The position numbers and the translations under genes were made by a program. A stretch of DNA of 64,000 bases from Limnothrix sp. BL-A-16 (GTDB lineage Bacteria > Cyanobacteriota > Cyanobacteriia > CACIAM-69d). The number at the start of each line of letters is the position of its first letter. Position 1 is the first letter of the stretch. The stretch is from NCBI GenBank assembly GCA_041937175.2, contig CP166615.1:192001-256000 (forward strand), given 5' to 3'. This document shows positions 1 to 10,756 of this stretch, one piece after another. A model generated the notes under the pieces. That model made no database searches. It was not told the DNA's origin and saw only the letters and a program-made list of their open reading frames with translations.

Positions 1-4
1 AACT

Positions 5-50
5 CAAAACCCGATCTGGCATTGCGCTAAGTCGGGTTTTGCTTTTGTTT
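5..50 (+). terminator. Probable intrinsic terminator of a gene upstream of the window
   Basis: CAAAACCCGA...TCGGGTTTTG stem followed by CTTTTGTTT. Confidence 0.5.
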
Positions 51-80
51 GCCCCAATCGTTTAGGTCGATGCTCTGAGC

Positions 81-226
81 CTAGGGGGTGTCGTCATTAT
101 TTTTCGAGGTAATGCTGAAACGGTTGATCTTCCGTACCCTAATCGTCTTAACAAGGGGCTTAAGCCCTTTGTCCCCCACGATCCCGGCAGATCTAGGGTT
201 GCGGGCTAAACGATGACAGACCCTAG
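81..226. mobile_element. MITE-like element, family B (CTAGGG..TGTCRTC termini)
   Basis: Left end CTAGGGGGTGTCGTCA, right end GATGACAGACCCTAG; internal ACAAGGGGCTTAAGCCCTTTGT palindrome; related copies at about 22790, 30071 and 51536. Confidence 0.6.
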
Positions 227-1275
227 TTGTCGTCGCCATCATGACCGCCATCGCTGGGGCTGTCACTATCAATGACCATATCGCCCCAATCGTCATCATC
301 GGCGGCTTGGTCTGGTGTGTCGGGATTGCTGGTCGCTTCGGTGGGTGTTGGTTCGGTGGAGTCTGGTTCGATCGCCTCAGGCTCAGTAGACTCGATCGCC
401 TCAGACTCATTAGAGGCGCTTGCGATCGATTCAGGCTCCGTAGACTCGATCGCCTCAGGAGACTCACTCTCCTCAACAGCCGCCGAATCCGTCACTAATT
501 CAGGGATACCCAGTGGCTCAGCCGTATTCACTGACGCGGTGGCATCCAGTGGCTCGGGATCCCTAGGAATCGGGAGATGATTTGGGTCGATCGCGGCGGC
601 CTCTTCCTGAGGTGCATTGGTGGTTTCTGGGGGGGCCGGGGGTGTTGCTGACTCTGGCTCAGGAACCTTGGCGGGCGCGGCCACTGGGGCATTTTCCAAA
701 TCCGGTAAGACTTTGGTGAGCCGGACACTGAGGCGCAGGAAACTGCTGGGAACGTTGCCAACGGGAAATGGCTCGATTTCGCTGAAGGCGGTCGGCGGGG
801 TGAGCAACACCCAAAGGGACACAAGGGCAACGGTGAGCAGCAGGCTGCCCAAAAGCGCTCCCAACCACACCACCAACAGCCCGATCGCCCGTTGATCCAG
901 AGGGGCAATTTCCGCCGCCAAGGGGGAGAGTTGATCGAGCCGTTGCAAAGCCCAAAGCACCAAAAGGGACGCAACCAGCGCGATCGCCTTGGTTTCCCAG
1001 CCGGCCCAGCGTTGCAAAATTCGTTGCTGCGTTTCGTTGAGGCGATCGGCCCGCAGACTCACCAGCAAAACCGAAAAGGGATAAAACGGGCGCAACCACT
1101 GCATGGCCACAATCGGAGCAGTTCCCAACAGCCCCACCAACAGCCAGTCCCAGCCACCCGGCAGCAACGGATCCCCCGCCGCCAACCCCAGCAAACACAA
1201 CTCCGCACAGAGGGGCAGCGCTGCCAACCCCGCCAAATGCACCCAAAGATACGGATCGCGTTTTGGCCCCTGCAC
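223..1275 (-). CDS. Cyanobacterial low-complexity-tail membrane protein
   Basis: N-terminal 'RDPYLWVHLAGLAALP' plus several TM helices, then a Pro/Glu/Asp-rich tail with EAIESTEPE repeats. Confidence 0.75.
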   Translation of the reverse strand: MQGPKRDPYLWVHLAGLAALPLCAELCLLGLAAGDPLLPGGWDWLLVGLLGTAPIVAMQWLRPFYPFSVLLVSLRADRLNETQQRILQRWAGWETKAIALVASLLVLWALQRLDQLSPLAAEIAPLDQRAIGLLVVWLGALLGSLLLTVALVSLWVLLTPPTAFSEIEPFPVGNVPSSFLRLSVRLTKVLPDLENAPVAAPAKVPEPESATPPAPPETTNAPQEEAAAIDPNHLPIPRDPEPLDATASVNTAEPLGIPELVTDSAAVEESESPEAIESTEPESIASASNESEAIESTEPEAIEPDSTEPTPTEATSNPDTPDQAADDDDWGDMVIDSDSPSDGGHDGDDN

Positions 1276-1411
1276 GATCGACCTCCTTCCCTCTCTGTCT
1301 GGTTCGTTCTGTGTGTTCGTTGCTCAGCCGGTTTAATCCAGGCCGGTTCAATCAAGGCTAGTCCAAACAAAATTGATTGGGCTATGGCCTGTTGAGTCGC
1401 GGCTTGTGCGA

Positions 1412-2239
1412 TCAAAGCTCATTTCTTGACAACCCGATCGGCCCTGCTTCTTGGGCCAAGTCGGCATCCGATGGCTGGGCAGGCTTCGTAACCAGCATAG
1501 ACGCTTTCTGCTCGGTCTCCCGGTCGGCAAAAAAGCGTGCTGACATGCGCTGGTAATGATCGCAGAGGTTGGTTTTTTGGCGGGCAAAGTCCACGATCGG
1601 GCTGGCATAGGGTGGCTCAATGAAATTCCCGATGTGACCGTAGGCGGTGGCATCCAGCGTAGTTGGGCGATCGCCCATGAAAAAGGGCTTATCCGCCAGA
1701 AAATCCGAAAGGGCCTGCAAATCCGCCGTAATGAGTTGATATAAATCCGCGTCACTCAGTCGGCCCAGTCCCTGTTGCGTCATCTGTTGCAGAATACTTT
1801 GGCGAAATTTTTCCGCAAAGGCCACACTCTGGGACTTGTTCCAGTGACTGGGAACCAAGCTCAAGACTAAGTTTTGATAGTCTTGCCAGTTTTCTTGATC
1901 GCGGTAGCGAATCGCAATCCCACCCCAGTAGAGATGTTCCTTAATCAGGCGACGAAAAGCCAGGGCGATCGCACGTTCGGCCTGGCTCAACTCGGCCTCT
2001 AAATCAATACCTTGGGTTTGGCGAAAGCGCTCAATAATTAACGTCGTATCGCCCCATTGTTGTCCTGCTTCTTCAATAAAAGGAATTTTGCCATAGGGGG
2101 CCCGAGCCAGATCTTGGACAGTGGCTAAGGCCTTTTGGTAGGGCAACTCGGCGATGCGCAACCAAGTTTCCAATTCCATGCAAGCTGGACTGACGCTAGC
2201 CAGCCCCCAACGGGACGGAGCAGTGTAGAGCGTAATCAT
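1412..2239 (-). CDS. Glutathione S-transferase-like protein (metaxin/FAX type)
   Basis: SVSPACMELETWLR, APYGKIPFIE, GDTTLI, and C-terminal LADKPFFMGDRPTTLDA motifs. Confidence 0.8.
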   Translation of the reverse strand: MITLYTAPSRWGLASVSPACMELETWLRIAELPYQKALATVQDLARAPYGKIPFIEEAGQQWGDTTLIIERFRQTQGIDLEAELSQAERAIALAFRRLIKEHLYWGGIAIRYRDQENWQDYQNLVLSLVPSHWNKSQSVAFAEKFRQSILQQMTQQGLGRLSDADLYQLITADLQALSDFLADKPFFMGDRPTTLDATAYGHIGNFIEPPYASPIVDFARQKTNLCDHYQRMSARFFADRETEQKASMLVTKPAQPSDADLAQEAGPIGLSRNEL

Positions 2240-2379
2240 TCAAAGCAATCAAAAACAGCAAAAATAATCAGCAGGCTCAGAATGGCTCAATGACGATCCA
2301 GAGCCATCTTGGGTTTCGGTTTCCCCGCCGCACTCCGTCAGTTTTAACAGACCAGAGGCAATCGGGCTGTGATGCTAGA

Positions 2380-2430
2380 CAAAAGAATCAGCCCCGATTA
2401 GCACATGGTTGGTGACTAGTCGGGGCTGAT
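2380..2430 (-). terminator. Probable terminator of the infB operon
   Basis: 15-bp stem ATCAGCCCCGATTAG/CTAGTCGGGGCTGAT followed by a T-rich run on the minus strand. Confidence 0.6.
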
Positions 2431-2544
2431 GAAAACCCAGATTAAGGGTGATGGGCGATCGAATCGGGATTGATCGGGCTGTGAACGCGATCGCCCTCCA
2501 CGAAGCAATCGGTTGATGAGCTGATTAGGCTTCCGCAAAAAAAC

Positions 2545-5500
2545 CTACAGGGACAAGGTGCGACGCTTGGCCACCAGGCGGTAAGCCTCGATGATGTCGC
2601 CCATTTGCCAGTCGTTGAAGCCCGAGGAGTTCACACCGCACTCGTAGCCGCTGTTCACTTCCTTGGTATCTTCCTTGAACCGCTTCAGCGAATCCATGCG
2701 ACCTTGGAACACCAGTTCCTTGCCTCGGCGCACCCGCAGCAGACAATCGCGAATCAGCTTGCCCGACTGCACATAGCAACCGGCCACCGTGCCGCGACCC
2801 ACCGGGAACACACCCCGAACTTCCGCTTGACCCAGGGGTTCTTCCACCTCCTCCGGATCGAGCATCCCTTCCATGGCGGCTTGGATGTCGTCCAGCAGTT
2901 TGTAGATCACGCTGTATTCGCGGACATCAATGCCCGCTTCGTCGGCGGAGCGACGAGCACCGGGCGCGAGGGTAGTGTTGAAGCCCACAACCACGGCGCT
3001 ACTGGCGGCAGCCAAGTCAATATCCGTTTCGGAGATTTCGCCCGGCGCAGCCAACAACACACGCACTTGCACTTCGTTTTGGGGCAGTTGTTGCAAAGAT
3101 CCCAGAATGGCTTCCAGGGAGCCTTGCACATCGGCCTTGAGCACGAGGTTTAGTTCCTTCAGCTCGCCCTCTTGGGCCTGGCCAGAGATGCTGGTGAGGC
3201 TGACGCGACGGGAAGCCATGGCCTGTTGCAGACGGCTTTGGCGCTGTTGGTCGCTGCGCTGAGAGGCGATCGCCCGGGCATCCTTTTCGTTGGAGAAGAC
3301 TTCAAATTCTTCCCCAGCGGCCGGGACTTCGCTCAGACCTAACACCTCAACGGCGAAGGAAGGGGTGGCGGCATCAACGCGATGACCGCGATCGTCAATC
3401 ATCGCCCGCACCTTACCCAGGGCTGGGCCGGCGAGGAGGATGTCACCAACTCGCAGGGTTCCGTTTTGTACCAGCAGGGTGGCCACCGGACCACGGGCCC
3501 GATCGAGGTGGGCTTCAATGACCGTCCCGCGCGCCAGGCGATCGGGATTAGCCATCAAGTCTTCCACTTCTGCCACCAACAGCAGGTTCTCCAGCAGGTC
3601 ATCCAAGTAGAGACCCTTGAGGGCGCTCACGGGAACCATAATCGTGTCCCCGCCCCACTCTTCTGCCACCAGACCGCGCTCGGCCAGTTCCTGCTTCACC
3701 CGATCGGGATTTGCACCTTCCTTGTCAATCTTGTTAATGGCCACCACGATCGGCACTTCCGCCGCGCGGGCATGGCTGAGCGCCTCGATCGTTTGGGGTT
3801 GCACCCCGTCATCGGCCGCCACCACCAAAATGGCAATGTCCGTGACCCGCGCCCCCCGAGCACGCATGGCCGTAAAGGCTTCGTGACCCGGCGTATCCAA
3901 GAAGACCACCTTCTTGCTGCCGCCCTCTTGGTCTACCTCCACGTGGTAAGCCCCAATGTGCTGGGTGATGCCACCGGCTTCCCCTTGGGCCACCTTGGTT
4001 TTGCGGATCGAGTCGAGCAGGGTGGTTTTCCCGTGGTCTACGTGACCCATGATGGTAACAACCGGCGGACGGCGCTGGAGGCTTTCCAGGTCGGCCACAT
4101 CGAGCATTTCGGTCACCTTGCGGGCTTCCGATTCCTTCTCGGCGGTTTCCACCATCACCCCCAACTCCTCGGCCACCATGGTGGCCGTCGGCACATCGAG
4201 GGTTTGGGTAATGCTGACGGCCATCCCTTTCAGGAATAGGCGCTTCACCACTTCCGTTTCTGGAACGGCCAGTTTTTCGGCCAACTCGGCCACCGTCAGC
4301 CCTTCCGTGAGGGTAATCAGCTCCGGTCGTTCCTTCTTGACCTGTTGTTCCCGACGCTCCCGTTGAGGCGGGCGTGAGGCCCCTTTCTTGGTAACCGGTT
4401 TGGGTTGCGGAGCTGGCTTCGGCGGGGTAACACCCTTGGGCTTCGGCGGCCGGGCGATCGAGAGGCTGACTTGGAAGGGAGCCGGCTGACCGTCCACCCC
4501 TTCCATCATCAGTTCATCATCTTCCTCGAAGTCGTCTTCGTCTTCAAATTCCACCTGATTACGGCGCTTGTTCTTGCCAGCCTTGTCCTTGGCAATTCTG
4601 GCCCGCTCTTCCTCTTCCGCTTCCCAATCTTTGCCCTTCTTGGTGGGGCGATTCAGGGTCGGTCGATTCAGCTTGTTTTCATAATCTTCGCCGCTGCTGG
4701 CCGGACGTGTGGGTTTTTCCAGCAGTTTCGCCGCAGGGGCTGCGGCCGTGCCGTCAGCGCTACCGTCGGCTGTGGCTTCGGTGGGGCGCACGGGTTTCGG
4801 CCGGCGCAATTCCACAATTGTCGGTGGGCCCCCTTTGCCAGGCCCACCTGCCACGGGGCCTTGCCTCGCCGGGGCGGGTGGGACGGGATGGGCGGCTGGG
4901 CGCACCCGCGCGGGGTTCAGCGGGTTTACTTTCGGCGGGCTTTGCCGGCCGCGATGGCGGCCCCACCAGCTCGGGCTTCTTGACCGGGCGTGGCGTGGCG
5001 GCACTGCCGGGCCGGGGCGGGGTTTTCAGATCGGCTTTCTTTTCGGCAATGGGTTCCGGTGTTGCCGAGGCGACGGGATGATCGCCCGAGGCGGCGGGAT
5101 GATCGCCCGAGGCGGCGGGGCGGCGGGGGGCACTGGGTTCAGCCGGGGCTAGGTCAACCGAGGCCTCAGGGGGCGCTGCGGGCGGAGCGGACGGCTGGGC
5201 GGGTGCATTCACAGGAGCAACGGTTTCGAGCTTGGCCGCCTCAGGTTTGGCTGCTTCGGGGCGAGCGGGTTCGGCCCGCTTGGGCGAAACGAGTTTCGGG
5301 GGTGCAGGACGGCTGACGGGGGGCGTGGCTTCGGGGGCTGCTCCTTCGGTGTTGGGGCGTAGCTTTGGTTTGCGAATCTCGAGAATTTGCTGCTTTTTTT
5401 GCATAGCCGGTGCTGAATCGCGCCCTTCTGTGGGCGTATCGGAGGGGGACAAATCAGGAGGGTTGGAGGAGGCTGGATTCACCGAGGGTGCAGAGGATTG

Positions 5501-5698
5501 GCCAGGACTGGAGGGCGCAGGACGATTCGCAAACTGTTGACGAGCGGCTGCGCGGATTTGAGCGGCTTCAGATTCGGTGATGGTGCTGCTGTGGCTTTTG
5601 AAGGGAATGTTTAGTTGCTCGCAGATCACCAAGATCTCGCGATTTTCCAGATGTAGTTCTCTCGCTAAATCGTAAATTCTCACGCGGCCTGTGCTCAT
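2545..5698 (-). CDS. infB: Translation initiation factor IF-2, split by a frameshift near 4845-4900
   Basis: ORF 4760-5698 has the IF2 N-terminal domain ([18 protein letters not shown]...KSHSSTI). ORF 2545-5004, in another frame, has the G domain ([18 protein letters not shown]) and the C domains. Confidence 0.93.
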
Positions 5699-5807
5699 CC
5701 AGTTTCCTCGAATCCTATTGCGTCACGACATCATAGCCCACCGTCATTTGAAACATTTCGATCGAGCCGTCTAGTCCCCTCCTATTATGACGTGCGATGG
5801 GGGCGGT

Positions 5808-6101
5808 TCACTCTGGTGGGGTTGGATTTCCCGGAGAGTCCGGATCGGGAACCAGGGGGGTTAACCGTTGCCAAAGCAGGTCATAAAGGTGGTTGGGGAC
5901 AGGAGCCTTGAGCGATCGCCCGATTCGATCCTTGCGCTGGGCTGCTCGTAGGCAGTCCGCACAGGGGCAAAGATAGGCCGATCGCCCCATGCCTTGGTCG
6001 AGTTGCACCGAGCCGGAGTCGGCCACCCGCACGATGCGCCAAAATTCCGATCGATGGGCCACCCGACGACAAATCAAACAACGGCGATAATTGGGCGGCA
6101 A
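5808..6101 (-). CDS. ylxR: YlxR/DUF448 RNA-binding protein
   Basis: YRRCLICR...GMGRSAYLC...C motif; lies between nusA and infB; TTG start at 6101 inferred behind CAGGAGG. Confidence 0.88.
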   Translation of the reverse strand: MPPNYRRCLICRRVAHRSEFWRIVRVADSGSVQLDQGMGRSAYLCPCADCLRAAQRKDRIGRSLKAPVPNHLYDLLWQRLTPLVPDPDSPGNPTPPE

Positions 6102-6105
6102 GGGA

Positions 6106-7635
6106 TCAATTGGCCTCCTGATCCAGCGCCTCGCGATCCGGATCGTCACCGTCGAAGTCTTCGTCTGCGGAGTCGTTCTCGGCTAGATCATCAGGGTCTG
6201 AATCATCGCTGTCTTGATCATCTTCCTCTTGATCATCCTCGTCAGCGTCCGCCGCCGAGTCTAGGGGAGCCTGCTCTTGATCGTCCTCAAGATCATCGCC
6301 ATCAAACTCATCGTCTGTTGCATCGTTTGCGGCTGCCGATGGGTCAATCTCTCCATGGCTGAACTCAGCGTCCTCGTCTGCAAAGTCGTCGCTTTCCGGT
6401 TCCTCGTCTGCAAAGTCGTCGGCTGCTTCGGCCGCTGCCAGGGCGAGGGCTGCCTCCCGTTCCGCCAGATAGCTGGCCATCTTGGCATCTTCTTCGTCGC
6501 GATCGTACTTAGCCACATCGCGAATATCGATTTTCCAGCCCGTGAGTCGAGCGGCCAGGCGCACGTTTTGCCCTTCTTTCCCGATCGCCAAACTGAGCTG
6601 ATCATCACCCACCAGCACATGGGCTTGGCGTTCCTCCGGATTCATCAGACGCACTTCCACCACCCGGGCCGGGCTGAGGGCATTGGCAATGTAGGTGGCC
6701 GGATCCGGTGACCACCGAATTACATCGATTTTTTCGCCCCGCAGTTCGTTCACAACCACCTGAATTCGCGACCCCCGGGCCCCAATGCAAGCCCCCACGG
6801 GATCCACATCTCGCTCCACCGTGTCCACAGCAATCTTGGTGCGCGGGCCCACATGGCGCGAGGGCGGGTTGGCTTCCCGAGCCACGGCCACAATTCGCAC
6901 AATGTCATCTTCAATTTCCGGCACTTCGTTGGCGAACAGATAAACCACCAACCCCGCATCGGCCCGGGAAACCAAGAGTTGCGGCCCCCGCTGGGATCCT
7001 TCGCAAACTTTCTTGAGGTAGACCTTGATGGTTCCGTTGGCGCGGTAGGTGTCGTTGGGCAACTGTTCTCGTTTGGGCAGCTCCGCTTCCACTTCCGGTT
7101 GGCCATAGCCGCTGGTGACGGCCACAATCACCGATTGGCGCTCGAACCGCAGGATTCGCCCTTGGAGCACCGTGCTTTCTAGCTCTTGGAATTCCTCTTG
7201 GATCAGCTTGCGCTGTTGGTCGCGTAGCTTTTGGGCCAACACTTGCTTGGTTTGGATGGCGGCCATGCGCCCAAAGTCATCCCGATCGGGAGTGACATCC
7301 AAAATCACCGTGTCGCCCAGTTGCGCTTCGGCGGCCACTTCTTGCACATCGCTGAGGGCGATTTCGTGGTCTGGGTCGGCCACTTCTTCCACAATGCTCT
7401 TGGTGGCCAAAACCCGGAAGCCCTCTTCTTCCGTGTCCAGTTCCACATCGAAGTTATCGAAGTAGGTTTCGTCAAAAATATTGCGCACATCCAAGCTTTG
7501 GGTGCGGCGATAACGCTCATAGCCCTTGAGCAGGGCTTCACGCAGGGCGGCTTCAACGGCGGTTTTCGGCAAGTTGCGTTCGCGGCTGATGCCGTCGATC
7601 ATTTCTTGCAGGCCGGTTAGGCGAACCATGGACAT
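6106..7635 (-). CDS. nusA: Transcription termination/antitermination factor NusA
   Basis: FGRMAAIQTKQV, DPVGACIGARGSRI, SLAIGKEGQNVRLAARLTGWKIDI; acidic tail; start MSMVRL inferred. Confidence 0.96.
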   Translation of the reverse strand: MSMVRLTGLQEMIDGISRERNLPKTAVEAALREALLKGYERYRRTQSLDVRNIFDETYFDNFDVELDTEEEGFRVLATKSIVEEVADPDHEIALSDVQEVAAEAQLGDTVILDVTPDRDDFGRMAAIQTKQVLAQKLRDQQRKLIQEEFQELESTVLQGRILRFERQSVIVAVTSGYGQPEVEAELPKREQLPNDTYRANGTIKVYLKKVCEGSQRGPQLLVSRADAGLVVYLFANEVPEIEDDIVRIVAVAREANPPSRHVGPRTKIAVDTVERDVDPVGACIGARGSRIQVVVNELRGEKIDVIRWSPDPATYIANALSPARVVEVRLMNPEERQAHVLVGDDQLSLAIGKEGQNVRLAARLTGWKIDIRDVAKYDRDEEDAKMASYLAEREAALALAAAEAADDFADEEPESDDFADEDAEFSHGEIDPSAAANDATDDEFDGDDLEDDQEQAPLDSAADADEDDQEEDDQDSDDSDPDDLAENDSADEDFDGDDPDREALDQEAN

Positions 7636-7751
7636 GGGTGTGGGGTTCCTAAAAATTCGTAAAGGTGAATGGGGAGTGGTGAAGCATTCGGCGCGATCGC
7701 GGGTGTGGGGATGGGCAAGGGGGCGATCGCGCAGGGTGGCCGGCCGCTGAG

Positions 7752-8216
7752 CTACTCGGCCCCGTCGGCCAGGCGCACCCGTTCCACCAAATCGCGCGGA
7801 ATGCTGATCACTCGGCCTTTTTGATTGATGCGCAGGGTTTCCGCGTCGCGATCGAGCAAGCTGCCCTGCCAAAGGGATTTGCCCTTGTGTGGCTCGCGGG
7901 TGGTGACGGTGACTTCAAACCCCTTGAAGGAGGTGAACTCCCGATCGGTCTCCAAAAATTCCGACAGGCCAGGGCTAGACACTTCCAGCACGTAGGCTCC
8001 GGGGATGGCATCCGCCTCATCGAGCACCGGCTCCAAGGCCCGGCTCAACCGTTCGCAGTCGTCCAGACTGGTATCGGCGATCGGGTTGCGAAGTTCGAGG
8101 CGCAAAACAGGGGGGCTTTCGTTGGTGTGGAAGGTTGCCCCCACGATCTCCAGTCCCAAATCGGTGGCGATCGGGGTGGCCAGTTCCAAAATGCGGGGAA
8201 TTGCGGGATGAGCCAT
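7752..8216 (-). CDS. rimP: Ribosome maturation factor RimP
   Basis: SLDDCERLSR...YVLEVSSPG; directly upstream of nusA. Confidence 0.93.
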   Translation of the reverse strand: MAHPAIPRILELATPIATDLGLEIVGATFHTNESPPVLRLELRNPIADTSLDDCERLSRALEPVLDEADAIPGAYVLEVSSPGLSEFLETDREFTSFKGFEVTVTTREPHKGKSLWQGSLLDRDAETLRINQKGRVISIPRDLVERVRLADGAE

Positions 8217-8494
8217 GAAACCAAACGATAGAGCGGGCAATCGGCCCCAACCGCATGATCAGTGATCTGGCCCGAAGGGAAATGGGGCCGATCGCGCTTG
8301 CGGATCTGTCCCCAGAATCGTGCCTAAGTATCGTGCCTAAGTAACGACGCTCTGAGATGAATCCGGCAAGATCACCGTTGGGGAAATTGCCCTTGAGTGA
8401 GGGCATGGGGCGTGGTCAGACAGAGCACCAAGCATCAAAGTGCAGAGCCATGCTGATCACAACCCATGGAGGGAGCTGATCCCCATTGGGCCAT

Positions 8495-8522
8495 AAAAAA
8501 AGCCGGTTCACTGTACCGACTT
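8495..8522 (-). terminator. Leader terminator/attenuator upstream of rimP-nusA-infB
   Basis: Minus strand AAGTCGGT-ACAGTGA-ACCGGCTT followed by a T run, about 280 nt upstream of the rimP start. Confidence 0.6.
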
Positions 8523-8922
8523 GCAACGCGCCAATTGACCTTTCCTTGCCGCTGGCCGGGAAAGGCTGGTGGGCAAAGGCTGGAGGCGATGGGTCTAGAC
8601 ACCCGCACAGCAGCCGCAACCGAACGCAAGGGAGGTTGAGATGCTGCTGTGGTGGGGCCTGGGGCCCAAGCGTTTGCGGTTGCCGCACTGTTGCCCCAAG
8701 CCCGAAGCGGGAAGCCAAGGCTCAAAGCCGGGGGCTTGGGGAATAGCTAGGCAGCGCTTGCCTCAGTCTATCACGGAAGAATTACGGAAGAATTTGGGCC
8801 TCAAGCCCCGCCTTTTTAGGCGTGCTCAATTCGCTGAACTGGATTCGTTGAGCTGGATTGACCGAACTAAACCCAATTAGCCTGCATGAATTGGGTTGAT
8901 TCGGATCAGGGAGCGGGAACAG

Positions 8923-10452
8923 CTAGGCTTGGCTGGCTCCATCTACCCCCAACACCCGTCGCAGGGCCGCCAATTGGGCATGGGCTTTCGAGAGCGATTC
9001 CCACCACTCCCGATCGGGGTCGGAGTCGGCCACAATCCCCGCGCCCACCTGGCCCCAAACCAGTCGATCGCCCAATGGCGAATCCCCCGATCGTTCCGTG
9101 CGGGGAATCAACAGCGTCCGAATCAGAATATTCAAATCCAAATTCCCGCTCGCGTCTAGGTAACCACAGGAGCCATAGAACAGACTGCGGCGCACCGGCT
9201 CCAGGGCTTCAATGATTTCCATGCAGCGCACCTTCGGACAACCGGTGATTGTGCCGCCGGGGAAGGTGGCCCGAATCAGGTCGATCGCCGTGCGATCGGG
9301 TGCAAGTTGCCCCACCACGTTGCTCACCAAGTGCATCACGTGGCTGTAGCGCTCCACGGTCAAGAACTCATCTACCTGCACAGTGCCCCAATCGCAAACC
9401 CGCCCCAGGTCATTGCGCTCCAAATCCACCAACATGGCATGTTCAGCCCGTTCCTTGGGGTGATTCAGCAATTCCACCTCGTTGGCCAAATCAGCGGGGC
9501 GATCGATCCCCCGGGGGCGGGTTCCCGCGATCGGGCGAGTGCTGGCCTGGCGATCACGCAATTGCACCAACCGCTCCGGTGAACAGCTCACCACCTCACC
9601 CCAAGGGGTTTGCCAATAGCTGGCGAAGGGAGAGGGATTAATTTGGCGCAGGGCCTGATAAAGCGTCCAACCGCTGGCGGGGCAAGGAACCGAAAACCGC
9701 AGGGACAAATTAGCCTGGAAAATATCCCCCGCGCGGATGTGCTCTTGGGCCTGGCGAACGGCGGCAGTATAGGCGGTCTGGTCGCTGGTGAACTGAGGAT
9801 TGAGGCTGTTGGTTGGCGCGATCGCCCCGGTTGGTTCCGCCAGCGGGGGTGTTGTGGCAGCTTTGTCTAGCTGGGCCGCGAGCCGATCGAGATCCGCCGC
9901 CACCGTCGCCGCCAGCCACAGCCGATCGCCCCCGTGATCCAACACCGCAAAGCAATCTGGCTCATACCAAAAGGCCACGGGAAACGGCAACTCGTCCGAT
10001 CTCAATTGGGGCAACTGCTCCACCTCCCAAGCCAGGTCATAGCCCAGCCACCCCAGCCAGCCTCCCCGAAACGGCAACGCTGGCCCCGGTTCATCCGGAG
10101 AAGCATTCAGCCGCTCCGCTGCCCCGCCTTCCGCCAGTCGATCGCCCAACATGGGCAAAATGTCCCCCACTGTCGGAGTCCAAACCCGTCCCGATCGGGG
10201 ACGACCCGCACAAATCGAATAGCGTGCCAACTCCTGGGCCGCCGCACACCACCGCTCCGGCGCAGGGGGACTTTCCAACAAAACTGCAATTTCCCCCCGG
10301 GCTAGCTCCTCCGCAAACAGGGCCGCAAATACCGCCGCCCCCGAGCGATCGGCCAGCGGGAGCGATCGCCAGTGCCAGGGAGCTAACGGCCGGGCCGCTA
10401 ATTCCGCCAAGCCAGAATTCACCGTTGCGATCACTGAAGCCGCCGAATTCAT
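8923..10452 (-). CDS. Anthranilate synthase / aminodeoxychorismate synthase component I family (TrpE/PabB)
   Basis: GGWLGWLGYD, GDIFQANLS, NPSPF, SPERL, RPIAGTRPRG, EHAMLVDLERNDLGRV, FPGGTITGCPK; start uncertain. Confidence 0.88.
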   Translation of the reverse strand: MNSAASVIATVNSGLAELAARPLAPWHWRSLPLADRSGAAVFAALFAEELARGEIAVLLESPPAPERWCAAAQELARYSICAGRPRSGRVWTPTVGDILPMLGDRLAEGGAAERLNASPDEPGPALPFRGGWLGWLGYDLAWEVEQLPQLRSDELPFPVAFWYEPDCFAVLDHGGDRLWLAATVAADLDRLAAQLDKAATTPPLAEPTGAIAPTNSLNPQFTSDQTAYTAAVRQAQEHIRAGDIFQANLSLRFSVPCPASGWTLYQALRQINPSPFASYWQTPWGEVVSCSPERLVQLRDRQASTRPIAGTRPRGIDRPADLANEVELLNHPKERAEHAMLVDLERNDLGRVCDWGTVQVDEFLTVERYSHVMHLVSNVVGQLAPDRTAIDLIRATFPGGTITGCPKVRCMEIIEALEPVRRSLFYGSCGYLDASGNLDLNILIRTLLIPRTERSGDSPLGDRLVWGQVGAGIVADSDPDREWWESLSKAHAQLAALRRVLGVDGASQA

Positions 10453-10756
10453 CCAGTTGATACCTGTCGATTTTTGTGGAATCGCTCTATTTTGAAAGAC
10501 TTTACCGATACTTTTCGGCAATTTTTCGGCTCGCCATTCCCCAGGTTCTGCGACGCTCTGCCCCGATTGCCCCAGAACCTGTCCCGATCGAGACCATGCT
10601 GGCCCAAGCAAAAACGGAGGATTCCTTCAGGGAAACCCTCCGTTTTGAGTTGGTTAAGCTCACCGAATCAACTCAGCTAAAACTTCCAAACAGGACTCGG
10701 CCCAGTCAACGGGCAGAATTTAGCGATGGATCCGCGATCAACCGTTGAACCGTTCT

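Noticed and set aside
6106..7872. N-terminal extensions of NusA, AAR, UvrB and TrpE/PabB in the ORF track
   Set aside because: Artefacts of longest-ORF calling; the conserved sequence begins at downstream ATGs.
8416..8746. Short ORFs upstream of rimP
   Set aside because: No recognisable motifs, several overlapping frames, and overlap with the leader hairpin.
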